Origin: Phoronis australis
Lineage: Eukaryota; Animalia; Phoronida
DNA length: 49,709 nucleotides
Assembly: GCA_002633005.1 (NCBI GenBank)
Contig: NMRA01000309.1
Span: 354,682-404,390, forward strand
Reading direction: 5' to 3'
Position numbers and translations under genes: made by a program. The stretch's first letter is position 1, and the number at the start of each line of letters is the position of its first letter. The notes beneath the pieces are model-generated. The model was given only the letters and a program-made list of their open reading frames with translations, had not been told where the DNA came from and ran no database searches. Shown in pieces: positions 14,301 to 27,700 of this stretch.

Positions 14301-15254
14301 GACTCCACTAGTTCGCCATGTATTTTTAAGGGAAGCACACGATTTTGTCAAAAGTCATAAGGCAAATCAAGATTTAACAAAAAAAATTTTGACCATGTGA
14401 ATGCAGACAGAATGTTAGACTTGCGCTCAATGACAATTTGATTTCTTGCGCTGTTGCTTTTGGTTGAGCAGTTCCATTTCCGTGTCAAGAGTGAGTCATT
14501 AAAAACATGTGTTTAACCAAGACAGGGAACAGCCAGATAAGTTGCTTGTCACAATGGCACGTGTCTGCTTGTACTTGAAACAATGCAACTGTTTCGCCTT
14601 TTATTCTGCCGTACGATGTTACCATCAGTATAGACAAGACTGGGTACCATTTGTCGGTGAATTGTTGAAGTGTGACTTTGAGCCTGACAATGAATACGAT
14701 TCATATGCAGTTTCCGTTTAAAATAATGTTGATAGAGTTTCCGATATTGTTGGTCATGTACCAGCCAAGTGTGCTGGAGTTTTTTTCTTGTTTCATTGCT
14801 CAGGGTGGTGATGTTTCGTGTGCTGTCACGGGAAATCGCAGAAATGTAGACCACGAACTTGAAATTCCTGTCAAGTATCGCTTTCTTGGTTCTTCCATGG
14901 CAATGAAATACATTCAACATTAAGCACTGTGTCAGTGATCGCTACACGCTGACACAAGTTCCATGTGTGAGCCAAAGGGAACAATTGTGAGAATACAGGT
15001 ATTTTACTGCCATAGTAAGGCAAGGTCCCAGTTCCGCTAAAACTGACTGAATGTCACTGAAAGGGAGTTGCACATATTTTGGAATCCTAGTTTTGTGCAA
15101 CAAACGTTCACAAAAGCACAGACACACTTAAGGAAGTCTCGGTCATGAAAAATTGGGGGTGGGCGCTAAGCCGTGTATTTGTGCTTAAAAATGAAAAATT
15201 GAAAATTTCAGGATGTTAAGCCAAACGTGGGCGGTAACTTGGACGAGTACGGTA
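14301..15254. mobile_element. Tc2/pogo-like DNA transposon remnant (right end only) carrying the HIRAN pseudogene
   Basis: Ends tgggcggtaacttggacgagtacgg|TA (TA 15253-15254). The reverse complement taccgtactcgtccaagttaccgccc resembles the TIR at 48002. Subterminal gtgggcgctaagcc at ~15160. The left boundary is inferred from where Helentron similarity stops. Confidence 0.6.
14554..14923 (+). pseudogene. Stand-alone HIRAN-domain gene, disrupted by one stop and one frameshift, inside a Tc2/pogo-like element
   Basis: Joining the ORF fragments gives MARVCLYLKQCNCFAFYSAVRCYHQYRQDWVPFVGELLKCDFEPDNEYDSYAVSV*NNVDRVSDIVGHVPAKCAGVF/SCFIAQGGDVSCAVTGNRRNVDHELEIPVKYRFLGS. The pattern EPxNxYDxxAVxV...VGHVP is the HIRAN signature of Rad5/HLTF. 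TAA at 14719-14721; +1 frameshift in the T7 run 14780-14786. Confidence 0.8.
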
Positions 15255-17648
15255 ATTTATCATCAAACATCCAAACTTTACGCGACTGACTTCGGTAAGT
15301 TGGCCAACCGAACTTTGTAGGCTATGGTACGTTCAAAATTTCTATAAATCCGAAACAGCGAAATAAAACAACTCGTTTGTTTAAAAAATCAATGTATTTG
15401 TAAGGGTTTGCATAGAATTTTGATGATTTACTGGTGTAAATCGATGAAGTCAAGCGATAAGCTGATATGAGTAAGCGTCTTCATAACTGCTGAACAGACT
15501 GTGTTAGATCCTATGACGTCATCAGTTAATTTCAATACCTCCATCTGCTGTCTGTTGTCAGGTAAAAGAACTGAACTTGCTGTTATCCAGTGGAACTACT
15601 CAAAAATTAAAACAAAATGCGTTGTTTATTGGTGGCATTCTCATTTAAAGCTGACAAGAGATGACACCAACTTTCAGGCACATGTCACTTACCTTTGTGT
15701 GCTGTAGAAGCAATTTTATTTTTCATTATACCTTTGGTTTTGCATCTTCAGAGTTCTTTTACATTACCATATAACTTTCCATTTTCAGCTTATTCTTAAC
15801 CACGTAATAGCCATTTTCAGTATTTTTAGTTCCATGGGCATCCGCTTATTTATGCGCCAAACAGCTTGAAAATTTACAAATGTGTTTGTGATGAGAAGGA
15901 ATAGGTTCATTTTGGGATGGATGGCTACCCTCTATCTTAACATCCCTTGGTGGTGATTGAATTGTTTATATTCAAATTTGTATCTCCTTCACCCCTAATG
16001 CAGGATCCTTGTGAAATTAGGCAAGTGTTTTCCTATGAATGTGATAATGACCTATCTACATTCCAATGGACTTGACAACAGGCATAAAGATCAGACTACT
16101 GCAGTGTCTCCAAGTGGCAACTATACCTTTGGACTTCCCTGACTGATTTTCATGAAATGTGAGAAAATGTGTTTTGCATTAGGCAGATGATGGCACCATC
16201 TCAGTTTCAGATGGGTAGGACATATTTTGCACCACCTATTGGTCATTTTATGATACTAATAAACATACCTCAAATCATACTATTTGCACTGTAGTTGTAC
16301 ACGCATTTCAATAACGATGCCCTTGTTTTATAATGAAGTTATATTTAACAGGTTTTTGAAGTTCCAAAAAGGAGCAACTCCAAATTAGGATGAAACCCGT
16401 TTAAAATGATTTTTACAAAATATACTAGTTATGTCCTTTACAGCTTGGTACAATTAAGAAGGTGCTAATTATTTCTTCTGACAAGTACAAAAATATTTGC
16501 CGCTGCAACACATACCCAAACCAAGTCACATTATGGTCAATTTGGAAGGCAATATGGTAGACAACTTGAATTTTATCTTGTCAAATTTCTCAACAAAAAC
16601 AAGTGACAAATATAATTTACTTTTCATTTAGCACAGTTTGCAGTGTACAGCTGTCACTATAGAAACAGTTTAGCATTTGCAAATGACAGACCTGTCTCAA
16701 TAGGGGATGACTAGTGAAGTTTATCCTGTTGTCAGAGGGAAGCAGACCAGGAGATTTCAGATCAATCAATTTATGGCCCATACTGCTGTACAGTAATGGA
16801 AAAAGATGGAATGAATTAATTTGGCAATGTGGCACCAGACAATACTATGGTCTCTTATTATTCAATCGTGGAAATCTGAATCCCCACAAGAGGCATTAAG
16901 ACATACAAGACAATTGGATAAACGCTTTGCACCTAAGATGCAAACTGACTAATCACCAGGGCAGTGTTCGTTACTGAAGACCTTGAGCACAGCATCATTC
17001 ATCCCTGCTTTCTATGGAATAATCTACAAACAGGCAGATCATTGCTCTTGAACTTTGCATGCCTCGACTTTGGGTTAAAAACAACGTAGAGATGAAGTGT
17101 GTAGTTATTCAATAGATTCGCAATAGATTAAACTACGGGTACTTTGTTTAACTTATGCATATTTACAGACAGTTTCAAACGGATTAATAAATGAGAAGAT
17201 ACCAGCGGCTGATACAAAAGCATACAGCACTCACAACATTGATCCCTCTCTCTAGAATGGACTCTCTCACTACAGGCAATCCGCAAAACACTGATTTGAA
17301 TGAAATAACCAGCCTACCCTCTACAATGGACTCCTCCAAAACTCTGGTCAGTGGTGCCCAAGTGATCAGAGTGTATAAATACCAAGAACACAGTTGACAT
17401 TGTAGAATTTTGTCAGTTCATCATTGCTGGTATCTCACAGGAACATCTCACCAAGAAGATAAATATTAACTCATCAGTCTTATTATTTTGAAGGTGATCC
17501 AATGACAGCGGACTCCACGTTTTAGATTCACATCTTCGGCTGTGCAAAAAGCTTCTTCCAATGGAATCACAGAACTAGGCTGTATACATAACGTGTAAAA
17601 ACACAGCAAAGAACAGAACCACATAGCAACTTGCTGCGCAAAGATAAA

Positions 17649-17694
17649 ATGGATCTGGAAGGCTTCAATGGACCGTGGAATCATTCTGTAACAG
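17649..17694 (+). CDS. Candidate upstream coding exon of the GPCR (MDLEGFNGPWNHSVT + 1 nt), within putative exon 17494-17694
   Basis: aaaATGG start context, in-frame upstream stops (TAG 17523, TAA 17589) and donor CAG|GTAATT at 17695. The phase-1 end matches the phase-1 acceptor at 37504 (G+AA = Glu, then TFFEMANS). The peptide contains an NHS sequon. Possible acceptor ttattattttgaag at 17492-17493. Confidence 0.4.
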
Positions 17695-17861
17695 GTAATT
17701 TTCAACTTAACAAAGTCAACATTAGAAACTGTGTAGTAATAAGGAAGTGAGAGAAAACCTTGGTTTCTTAGATCGCCACAGTTAGCATAGTTCCCCACAG
17801 ACATACAACCTTAAACAAAGTCTGATTGATACTAATGTCTTAATTGCCGTGTTTGCCACAG

Positions 17862-17926
17862 GGGCACAATAGGGCTTTTACTGCAAGAACACGAAGGAAA
17901 CCTTAGAACAAAAAACTGGAATTGAG
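17862..17926 (+). other. Candidate 65-nt internal (cassette or 5'UTR) exon
   Basis: Branch-like tactaat (~17830), acceptor gtttgccacag (AG 17860-17861) and a consensus donor GAG|GTAAGT (GT 17927-17928). Confidence 0.4.
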
Positions 17927-20065
17927 GTAAGTGTCTGAAAAAGTGTCTAAAAGAAAAGTAATCTTGTGGCAAGATGTTCATTAACTGCATCCTTGTTGGT
18001 TCTGCAGCTAAAATTAAAACATGATTGATTTTATCACTCCTAGCTCTTTCACACTTCTGATACATTTTGTACTTTTTGCACCTGGAATATTGATCTTGAT
18101 CAAGCAACTTGCATGAATGGACTAAGCATACCTCTAATTCCTAACAGCCAATTTTTGCCAAATGTGACAAACAGTACAAACGTATGAAATTCAGCTTAAC
18201 CACTTGATCAATGCAGGCATCTGTTAGTTTGTAAATGAATGCTGCATAATACATCAATGTGTAGTTGACTGGCATCTCAAAAACGGAATCCATCTAACAC
18301 TGCTGTCTACATCAAATTTTAATTACAAAACTTATCTAAACAAAAACTTGTGACGATGTAAAAAAATTTGTATAATAAGCACCAATGTACCAATGTCTCA
18401 AGGGTTTCAAGGAGTTGCTAAAAGCGGTCTAAACCACTAAGGAGGGCTGATAAAATTGAAAACTCCTCAATATGAAACAACAACAGAAGCAATGGAAAAA
18501 ATAGCTGATGAGCCCCTAACACTTCTTGTGTTATCTAAGGATCAACTGGGAGCTGACAGAGAACAGCACTTGGGTGATAAATGAAGGCCATTTGACATGA
18601 TTGAGCTGTATATGTAAATAATGAAAACAAGATTCCTGGCAGGGTTTAAGCTCATAAAGCAGTGTCCAGGGGCATTATCGTTAGCAACCAGGGGATGGGC
18701 TGCTCAAATTACCAGGACACTTCTCATAGCTTCGCCCAACCCCAACCCTCCCCCCACACACACGTAGATAGGCACATGCAATCAATGGCATGTAGTAATA
18801 TAGACATCATGATGTATACTTTTTTAATTAGGTTCTCTCCCTCAACAAATGAACTGATCATCTAGCATTCACAATCTGACAGCATTGCACCAGCCAATAA
18901 AATGGCAGATAGGCAATGAAAACAGAAGCATAAGAAACACAGTATAAACAATATTCTACACAACATCACTCACACAAAGATGTCGGGATATAGCCTGACA
19001 TAACTCCTTCCCTAATTTATCACTTTTTAAGGTGGTAACAAGCCTTCTGAAGAATATATTTTATTGTCCAAACAGTTGATTATGGGAAAAGATGCATGTC
19101 AACTGCAGATAGGTTACTTAGTAATTGTATTTAAATGACAGCAGACAACACCCATCAATGCCCCACATTGAACAAGACGATATATGACAAAAAAGCCATG
19201 TGCCTACATGGGGTCAGTTTATTTGTCACAGACTGCTGAACATGTTTGATTTTGAGTGACTTAATACGTTAATTCTTTGATTTTTTCTCTGAAACAAAAA
19301 CAAATCAAAGTTCTTTCAATATCGCCATTATACTAATCGAAGCTATTGATTGAAAATTTAAGACAAAAAACCTCAAATTTATTTTGTTAAAACATGTTGG
19401 TGTTTTCAGACCTTCGACTCCTCAAACTGCAGAATAATCAAATGCCCGATGATTAATTGGTTTTACCTGGTTTCATTTTCTACCGTTAACATGTTTTGTT
19501 ATCTAAATTGAGCGCAACATGTGTTTAATCATGACAAATGAGACTGCAACCAAACTGGTAGACAAATGACAGACGATCACTTGGTTTCATTGTCAGCCAG
19601 TCAAGTCAGTTTGTAACTGAAGTAAAAAAAATCAAGAGACTTTTTGCTACGCTTTGTAGACCGGACTAGAGTTGATGGAATTTTGAATTACAGAACTATT
19701 CATCACCAGTTTTGTATTCTAATGTAATGTATCTTGTATACAGAACAGTATTGGTCAATAATAGCTGTAATGATTGAATTTTTAGCCACTAGTCTGTTTG
19801 TACAGTAGAACAGTGCCTTTCCATTAATTCTCAATTTTTGAAGTCACTACCGAATTTCATTTCATGAATAATCAACAAACACGTTCAATTCCTTGGTATA
19901 AATAACTTATTTATTAGACACTTGCATACCTGAATAATGTATTCTGAATGATGCAGTAAATGCTCTTTAATTGAACCCACAAGATGGCTGACATGGGAAA
20001 TTTTATTTTGTCGCATTTCTCTTCAAAAAGAATCATCAATAGCAAGGTTTGTCTTGACCAACTAT

Positions 20066-20099
20066 TATATACATATATAAATATATACATATATATATA
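20066..20099. repeat. Imperfect (TA)n microsatellite
   Basis: tatatacatatataaatatatacatatatatata. Confidence 0.8.
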
Positions 20100-21299
20100 A
20101 CTTTCCTATAAAAGTCAGCATTCACAACAATGTAATTAGCTTCTGAAAGTAGGAAAACAGGAACTTTAGCAATTATTTTTTGTGGAAAATACAACAGCGA
20201 TTACTCTAAAGCCAAGAAAATCTTCTTCCACTTAATCAATGAGCCTGATCAAGCAGTAGAGTAGATTCACATTCTGCAAGCTGCATTCTTTCATAAGTAA
20301 GAGCTTTAGTTCAGGCTGTGCATCAGAATTGCATGTTAAACTAGGTTCTAACAAAGTCAGCAGACCTGTGTGTCTTCACTTAATGCACTAATCAACTCCT
20401 TGTCCATTAACATACTTGAATCAGTTTTATGGTTCTGAAATCGACCTTCACTAGTGTTTGCCTGATAATTTCTTACCAACAATTTTCTATTTTCTCAGTT
20501 TTGAGCCAAGATGACAACAAAAATGATTAGGGTCATAATTTACAGCCAGGCCTCTTGCCCCAGGTTGAATTCCAAAGGCAGATCATGGCTAATAACTGCC
20601 AGAGTTCTTACCAACTAAGAAGATTAGATTATATAAACATGTTCCTACAGACCAACATAAAGTCTGAGAATTCATGGAAGCCTGGTATTCTTACTAACGC
20701 TGGATAATCTGGAACACCTAGGTATTTCTCTCATAGGTGTTTCATATCTGCCCCGGTGTTATTTATAGCCATATAACCAATCGTTTTACATCAGTTGGAA
20801 AGATGTGCGACTTCCTATGTACTATAAAATCTCACCAATTTCGGACAAAAATAACTGTCGCATTTCATTGAAAAATTTTCATTTTTAAAAGGTTTGTGAC
20901 AGTTTTGAATGGCCCACAATTTCTCAGAATCAGCTGTTGTACAGATGTTTTAAAAGGATGAAGCATTTGTTCTATGTTTCCTACATTCTGTGAAAAATTG
21001 AAAAACAGAATTTCATTTGTCAGCCATATTGGATGCTAAATTGGTGAGAACTTACCAAAAGTGATGCTGGTTTATATGAGCAGACATGAAAAACGCCCGA
21101 GGTTATATTAGAGATGATGAAAGTACCCAAGATGTTCTGGATTACTCTGGGTGGGCAGCATTCCTTAGGCACAAAACTTAAGAAAACGATAGATAACACA
21201 AGTCTTGGTGAGATATTGCCATGCATTACAAGTAAAGTACCCAGTTATGCTGGCTTTTCTCGCCAATGTCTTGCGTCTATGGAACGCCCCATTGGTCCT

Positions 21300-21720
21300 C
21301 AGGTAACCAACCAGAAGGTGACATCAACAGCAACTTCTTGTGACACAGTTGGGCTTAAAGGCCACAAGGTGGCATCAAAACTGACACAAGAACAATCAAT
21401 GGAGCATTGGTTCATAATTCAAAGTAGCATTTTCTTAAAAATAATAATATAAATGTCGTGGAACTAGTACAAGAAGATCCAAAATGAATAAAAGTATTCC
21501 TCGGCACAAGTTTTACTAAAAAATTACAAGGTCTTTCTTTCATCTTTAACTGAAGCCATAAACAATTGCCATTCAAAAAGTCATTCAGCTCTTCCCTTAT
21601 GTCACAAAATGTCCTCATTTGTCGAGATACCAGACTTGTGAAAATCTTAAATAAACCTTCTCCCTCGACAATTCCACTGTAGTAAACACTTTGAGTTCGG
21701 TTTAGGTATAAGTCCACCTA
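21300..21720 (-). mobile_element. Possible highly degraded LINE (CR1/L2-type) reverse-transcriptase fragment
   Basis: Minus-strand peptides YLNRTQSVYYSG (compare RT SYLSNRTQxVxxNG) and VSFDATL/FKPNCVTRSC (compare GVIFDSxLSFKxHIxxVTRSC). No catalytic YADD motif is visible. Confidence 0.25.
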
Positions 21721-24700
21721 CTGTTCTCTACAATCTAAACTTGACAATGAGCGCAGTTGAATTAACAGTTAACATTTATTTCAAAATTCAGTTTTAATGT
21801 ATCAAATAAACACAGAAATGCTTCTGTGTTTATTGGATATATTTCATTACTGGCCAACCTCAGCGTCTATTTATTTACTATATCCAGTTTTAATGTCAAC
21901 TGTAAAGAATAATTACTAAGCAGATCATAGTTTTGCCATCCTTAAAATCTGAAAATTTTTCTTGTGTACAATATCAAATACAACATATTTGAAAAGAAAA
22001 TACATTTTCAGAATTTTTGAACAACCACCCATCCTTAAAATCAAATTTCTGTCACACATTATGTAAGAGATGTAACATTCGTTATTGTCCAGCTAATTAC
22101 CAAAATGAATTCAGCATCTTTTGCTACATTGTCAAGTATATATTACACTTTTGGGTTACAAATTAATGTTGTGTCCAGATAATTTCTGACATACTATTTT
22201 ATTTACCAAAACATTTTTATTAGAAAAATACACTGTATATTGATTTTTAATATTTTCATCCCCAATACAAGATACTGTGCAATGCACCTGTTCCAATGTC
22301 AAAATGCTTCAGCTCAAAAATAGAATTTATAGAGCGTGAGATTGAGACCACAAAAGCAATATCAAAGTAAGTGGCTCACTAAATGAGACAGTTTCAGTTG
22401 GGTAATTTGTATAGATTTATTGGAACACTGCTGAAATAGTATTCACAGAATAACAAAAACTTAACTTCTAATTAATTTGTGTGTACTTAGACGAGCTACT
22501 GTTGACAGAAAGTAATGGGCGTTGACTGCTCGATAAAGCCTTAAACAGAGATAACTATTTCATAAAAGGTTGGCAACAACTGTAAAGCCATAAACAATTA
22601 ATTTCCAACAGTAAACCTTTTACTGTTTCAAGGTAAGCTGATTATTTGAATCAGGAAAACACTTTCAAAGGAAAATTTCCTTTAATACCCCTCAATTAGA
22701 CAGCAGTTACAGTTAAAGGCAGTATTTTATGGTTCAACCCGTGGTTAATACCATGAATTCTAATAACTTGACAGCAATCTGTGTTTTATTGAAAATCCTT
22801 TTTTTTCTAAGGCAGGGACTAAAAACATTTCAAAATATGCAGTTTAATTCACAAGTCATTGTTTAACACAACACTGTCAATGTGATGGCTGCAAACACAA
22901 AATAAAGAAGCGCACTCTTTAAGTTCTATTCCATTGCACCAGTAAACAATAATTGCAGGCGGTCTGGTAGAGTTGTATCAGACGTGGTACAGTTTTACCA
23001 GACGTGCGCAGGCCATACCACAACACTTTAAAAACAAAAAATTCTCATTTTGATTTGAAATCACTGATCAAGGAATCGGAAGATTTTGTCAGTTTATAAT
23101 AATTATAGCAAAATTACACTTTCCACTCTTCTGGAGACGATGCTATTGTTAAAGTATTCAAATTTTTACCAGACTTTTGTGTCATGTCTGTTGTTGACAA
23201 TTAACTTTACTAATGATGAAGTAAACTACTACTTTTGTTGAGAAATTTTGAAAAATAATATTCCACCCATGCGATATTGTGTACTTAAGTGAGGAGGCAA
23301 TTCAGGAAGAATTCATCACTTGTTTTTCCAGTTTGTCAATTGGCAGAGTGGCAGTGTGGTTGTTTGACATGACTTCTCAGTACTTGTTGGACTGAGAATT
23401 GATAAGGCAGAAGCTAATAAGATAATTGGAAGACATGGAACTAATACATCTTCATAGTGGTAGGCATACAATGGGACCATTAACTGGTCTAGCCAGTATT
23501 TAGGTTCAAGGTAGGCACGCTGAATCACTAGCATTAAGTTAACAAGAAATCAACACACAGAAATTCTGTGCTGAAGTGAAATTAAGCACTGGAAATGCCT
23601 TGAACACCCATGTCAACATCTTAAACCTCAGTTGAGACCACCAACATTATTTTTTTACGGACTGGCCCTATGAATCTGTGAGCAAAATTTACAGACAGCA
23701 TGTTAATCTTATGACTGAAGCCTAGCATTTCATAGTAATAATCAAAAGTGTACTAACTAGCATGTAAACAATACAGTTGAACCACGAACATAAATACAAC
23801 AAATGTCATTGATATCATTGACACAAGAAGCAGAATTAGCAGGCATTATATTGAATGCAGTTCAACTAGGCATAATTCATAGAAAATGCATACGGCGCGT
23901 ATCAAAAATGCAGTAAAGACAACACGAAGAGCAATAAAATACAGGTGACTAATGAGCACAGCCAAATTAGTAGCTGATCAGTTCACACATACTACACCAC
24001 TGGTAATAAACATCATTTGGTTTTTATTTATTACGTAAAATCAACCACTGATATAGATTATGGACTGTTGGCATACTTAAACTGTTCATGAGATGTCTAC
24101 CTTGTTGTATTCTTCCCATTAATTGGCATCACAATCAAGTAGACAAAAGGGAAGCGACACACTGACCTGACTACTGCGTATTTAACTGACTGCGTGTTTA
24201 ACTGCTATCGACTGCCGGATGGAGTTAATAAAATCAGCCGGGCTGAAACATGTCTCCCCTCATTAATCACGCCATTTACAACTCTCGACTGATATTTCCG
24301 ATCGTGATCGCCACAGTTGACTAAGCAAGCCCTCGGATGTGACCAGCCCGTGACAGACTACATCTCCAACTGACATGCACGACATTGTCTTGGAGGCTGG
24401 TGGAAGGATGCTCTTGTAGTCCTCGCATCATTACCCAAGCACCACCCAGCTTAATGATTCGTTTTAGTTGAAACGCAATGTCTTCATCACGGCTGACCTA
24501 ATATGTTACGAATGCTGACCAAGAGAAAGTTCAAATGCTGAACATCATTACTATGATGACGTACTTTTCAGTACTTGTTCAGCTAATTCACCTGTGCTAC
24601 AATTCATGAAACATCGTTTGAAGCTGACAGTTTAGAATACAAGCAATATACTCTCCATTACCTTATAATCAAAACTTAACTGTGAATATGAATTGCATAT

Positions 24701-27700
24701 ATTCGATAAACAATGAGTTTCTTGATCCCCTGTACCACTGATATTCATGTTTATGTCAATAGACAGAATACCATGTGACATAATAGAACAGAGCGGTACA
24801 AAATGACCTAAAAACTTGATGAATAGCACCACGCTAACTGTCTTATAACTTCAAAGGAAAATTGACATTTTTAACTGGTATTTGAAATATTAATCTGCGG
24901 GTTAACTAATGCATAACTGTAGCAACTCAAATGATGATGTCAACAAACTCACAGTTCTAGAGAAATAGTGAGTGAGTGCAAGTTCTGTATTTTGGAACAT
25001 AAAAATGCCTTTGACTATGTTCTTTCTCTCAACAAGTCAACAAAGCGATGTCAAAATACCCAGAAATGGCAGACTCATTCAGTCTCAATACCTGGTACTG
25101 TTGACTCCCAGGCTCCAGTCATCATGAGTTACCAGATTTCAACAGGTAAACAGCTGATAAACTAATTAAAACAGCAAATTAATTGCCAACGCCTGTATCT
25201 CTCTTGACAAAACAACATTAGACCAGCGAAAACATAATACAAGCATGCCAAGGTTAACAGTTAAACTGTGAACTAACTACTACCCGACACAAATCACTAC
25301 AGGCTATAGATTAATTCATGGCGGGATAACCATAGACTAGACTCCTAGAGTCAAATCAAGTCAAGTGGGAATTTGGTCACTTTCTGAGGTCCCAAAATTC
25401 TGCAACCTCAAATGAAGGCAAAACAAGTTTCCAGTTTCAATAATTTTAACGTGTCAAAATACCAAATATGGCGTCGCAAAGTGTGGATGTTCAAGCGTCA
25501 GCTCACATCCTTTCTTGATTTATTCTTCTCGTGAAATCTGACAATTAAATCAAAACAAAACGAGAATTTAATCAAAAACACAACAGTACAATTTCGCAAA
25601 TCTCGGACAAAAATTGCTAAACTTGACCCTTTTCACTGAGTTTTCAAATGCTTACGACATGGGTCAGTGCTAGTTACATTAATTTTCCACTCGTGCCTTA
25701 AACACTATGAAGCGAAATTGTCTGTTCCCATTTTTCAAAAGCTCAGCTTGGAATGATCCTAGTTGATATATCATTCTACAAATGAATAGGCTTATGAGAA
25801 ATATTTTTGTGTTGTAAAATTAAACAGCAAGAAAAGCTTTTTACATGAATAAAATCAAAATAATGATAAGATACAAAAAAGAGGAAACTAGAATCAAATG
25901 AGAGGAAATCCAAACCAAGAAACAGGAAATCCACTTAAAAGCGGAAAATTCCAAGCCCTGTGATTACCTTATTGTAAACGTTATCAACTGCTGTTTTATG
26001 ACATTTACACTAGTAAAGACCATGCGAGAAATAAACTAAAATGTTCTTTATAATTATTTTTTGAGAATTCTGACAAAATATGTCACTCGTTTGCCCTATT
26101 GTGTGCTAACTAGGTGAATTACCAACCCATCATCCATAAAATTCTGAATGTCTGCCCTTACCCAAGCACAAGCTAAAAACTGTCACCAGAAAAGTTTTCT
26201 TAGGATGGTGTTTTTAGGAATAACATTTTCACAACTTTTCTATAATTTCATATAAGCGGTGCAAATGATCCAGTTAAAATTTTTGCTCAAGGTCAAAGCT
26301 TGCAGAAAATTCTAGAAGTAGACATTACTGGTCGTCCCAAACTCAAAAAATTAGGAGAAAGATGAACTTTACCTAGCCAACAATGATAGTATACCAGACT
26401 TTGTTGATACAAAATGCAGTGTCCCATATTTGAGAACTATATTGATGAATGACAACATAAAATTTAAAAAACAAAGGAAAAAAATATTGGAATAAAAAAA
26501 TCTGGCATGAATTTCACTGTTCTAAATCCAGAGTGTCCAAACTGCAGAATTTTCTCTGTAATAACCAAATCTGCAGTTTTGGCCAAAATTTCTCAACATC
26601 GAAGTCCAACAGTACCAACTTGATCAAGTGTTTAAATGTTTAGGGAAAGAACTTGTTTCAGACTGGTAGAAGAAAGTAATATAAATTACTATCAATCAAC
26701 AGTGTGCAAAAATAGTGGTAGTAATCAGGTTGAATTGAAGTCAACGCCCCAAAAAGTGATTATGAAATATATTGTCACCTGGCCTATACAAAACACTAAC
26801 TCAGTTGTGTTAGAAGACAAATCACTATCATTTTTTCTTCTCACTTCTTTACAGAGGGTGTACTTGGGTATGAAAACAGCTGTTGCGTGTTCTCCAAATG
26901 CACTCTACCCTGTACTATGCCCGCTTATCAACACAACCTTGACTGCTCTAAGAGCACCTGTCCCCTTGAACTGTTCTTCACTTCAAGAACTGCAGCATTT
27001 TCCCCGTTGCATAATTTCTTAATCCAAACTGGCGACTGCTAAAATAATTAGTTGCTCTGAAGGCTGAATAAGAATCTCATGAACTTACTTGACAAGTAAC
27101 TCTACATAGTAAATCCACTACATTTTTGACATGAACTAGTTTGTATTGCTGTCAGCCATGTTGCTTATGGTACACAAACTCGGAGCTTATTGTATTCAGT
27201 CTTCACCAATCATGACTTGTCGTTTTGCAGCAATAAGTCACCTTAATTTAAAAGTTTGTACATTGAAAATCCATGTACCTAGATTTTCGCTTAAGTTTAC
27301 TTGCTAAACTTGTCACACAGCAGGATCCTACAGCTACGGCAGACTCAGTCCAAAGCTCCACCTATTGTGCAGACACTGATACACCTAGTTCACTAGCAGG
27401 GCTACTTCGCACATCACCAACACTCATACTCATTCAAGTTCATTGTCGTCAAAATCATTATCACCACTTCCGTCATGACAAATCTCACTGTTCATTTTCA
27501 CTTTAAGCACTCAAGTTCCTCTTAATATTTATAGGTTAATGATAAACTGTCAACCGCTACTTATGCAGGCTCAGTGTTGGACAGGGAAAGTTGAGCACCA
27601 AAAAGGTGATTCAGCCCTCTCTCTACAAGAGCAATGGGCATTGGCAAGTTGAAGATATCATATCTGAAATGTAATCATTAAGGAAGTGTACCATAAATTG

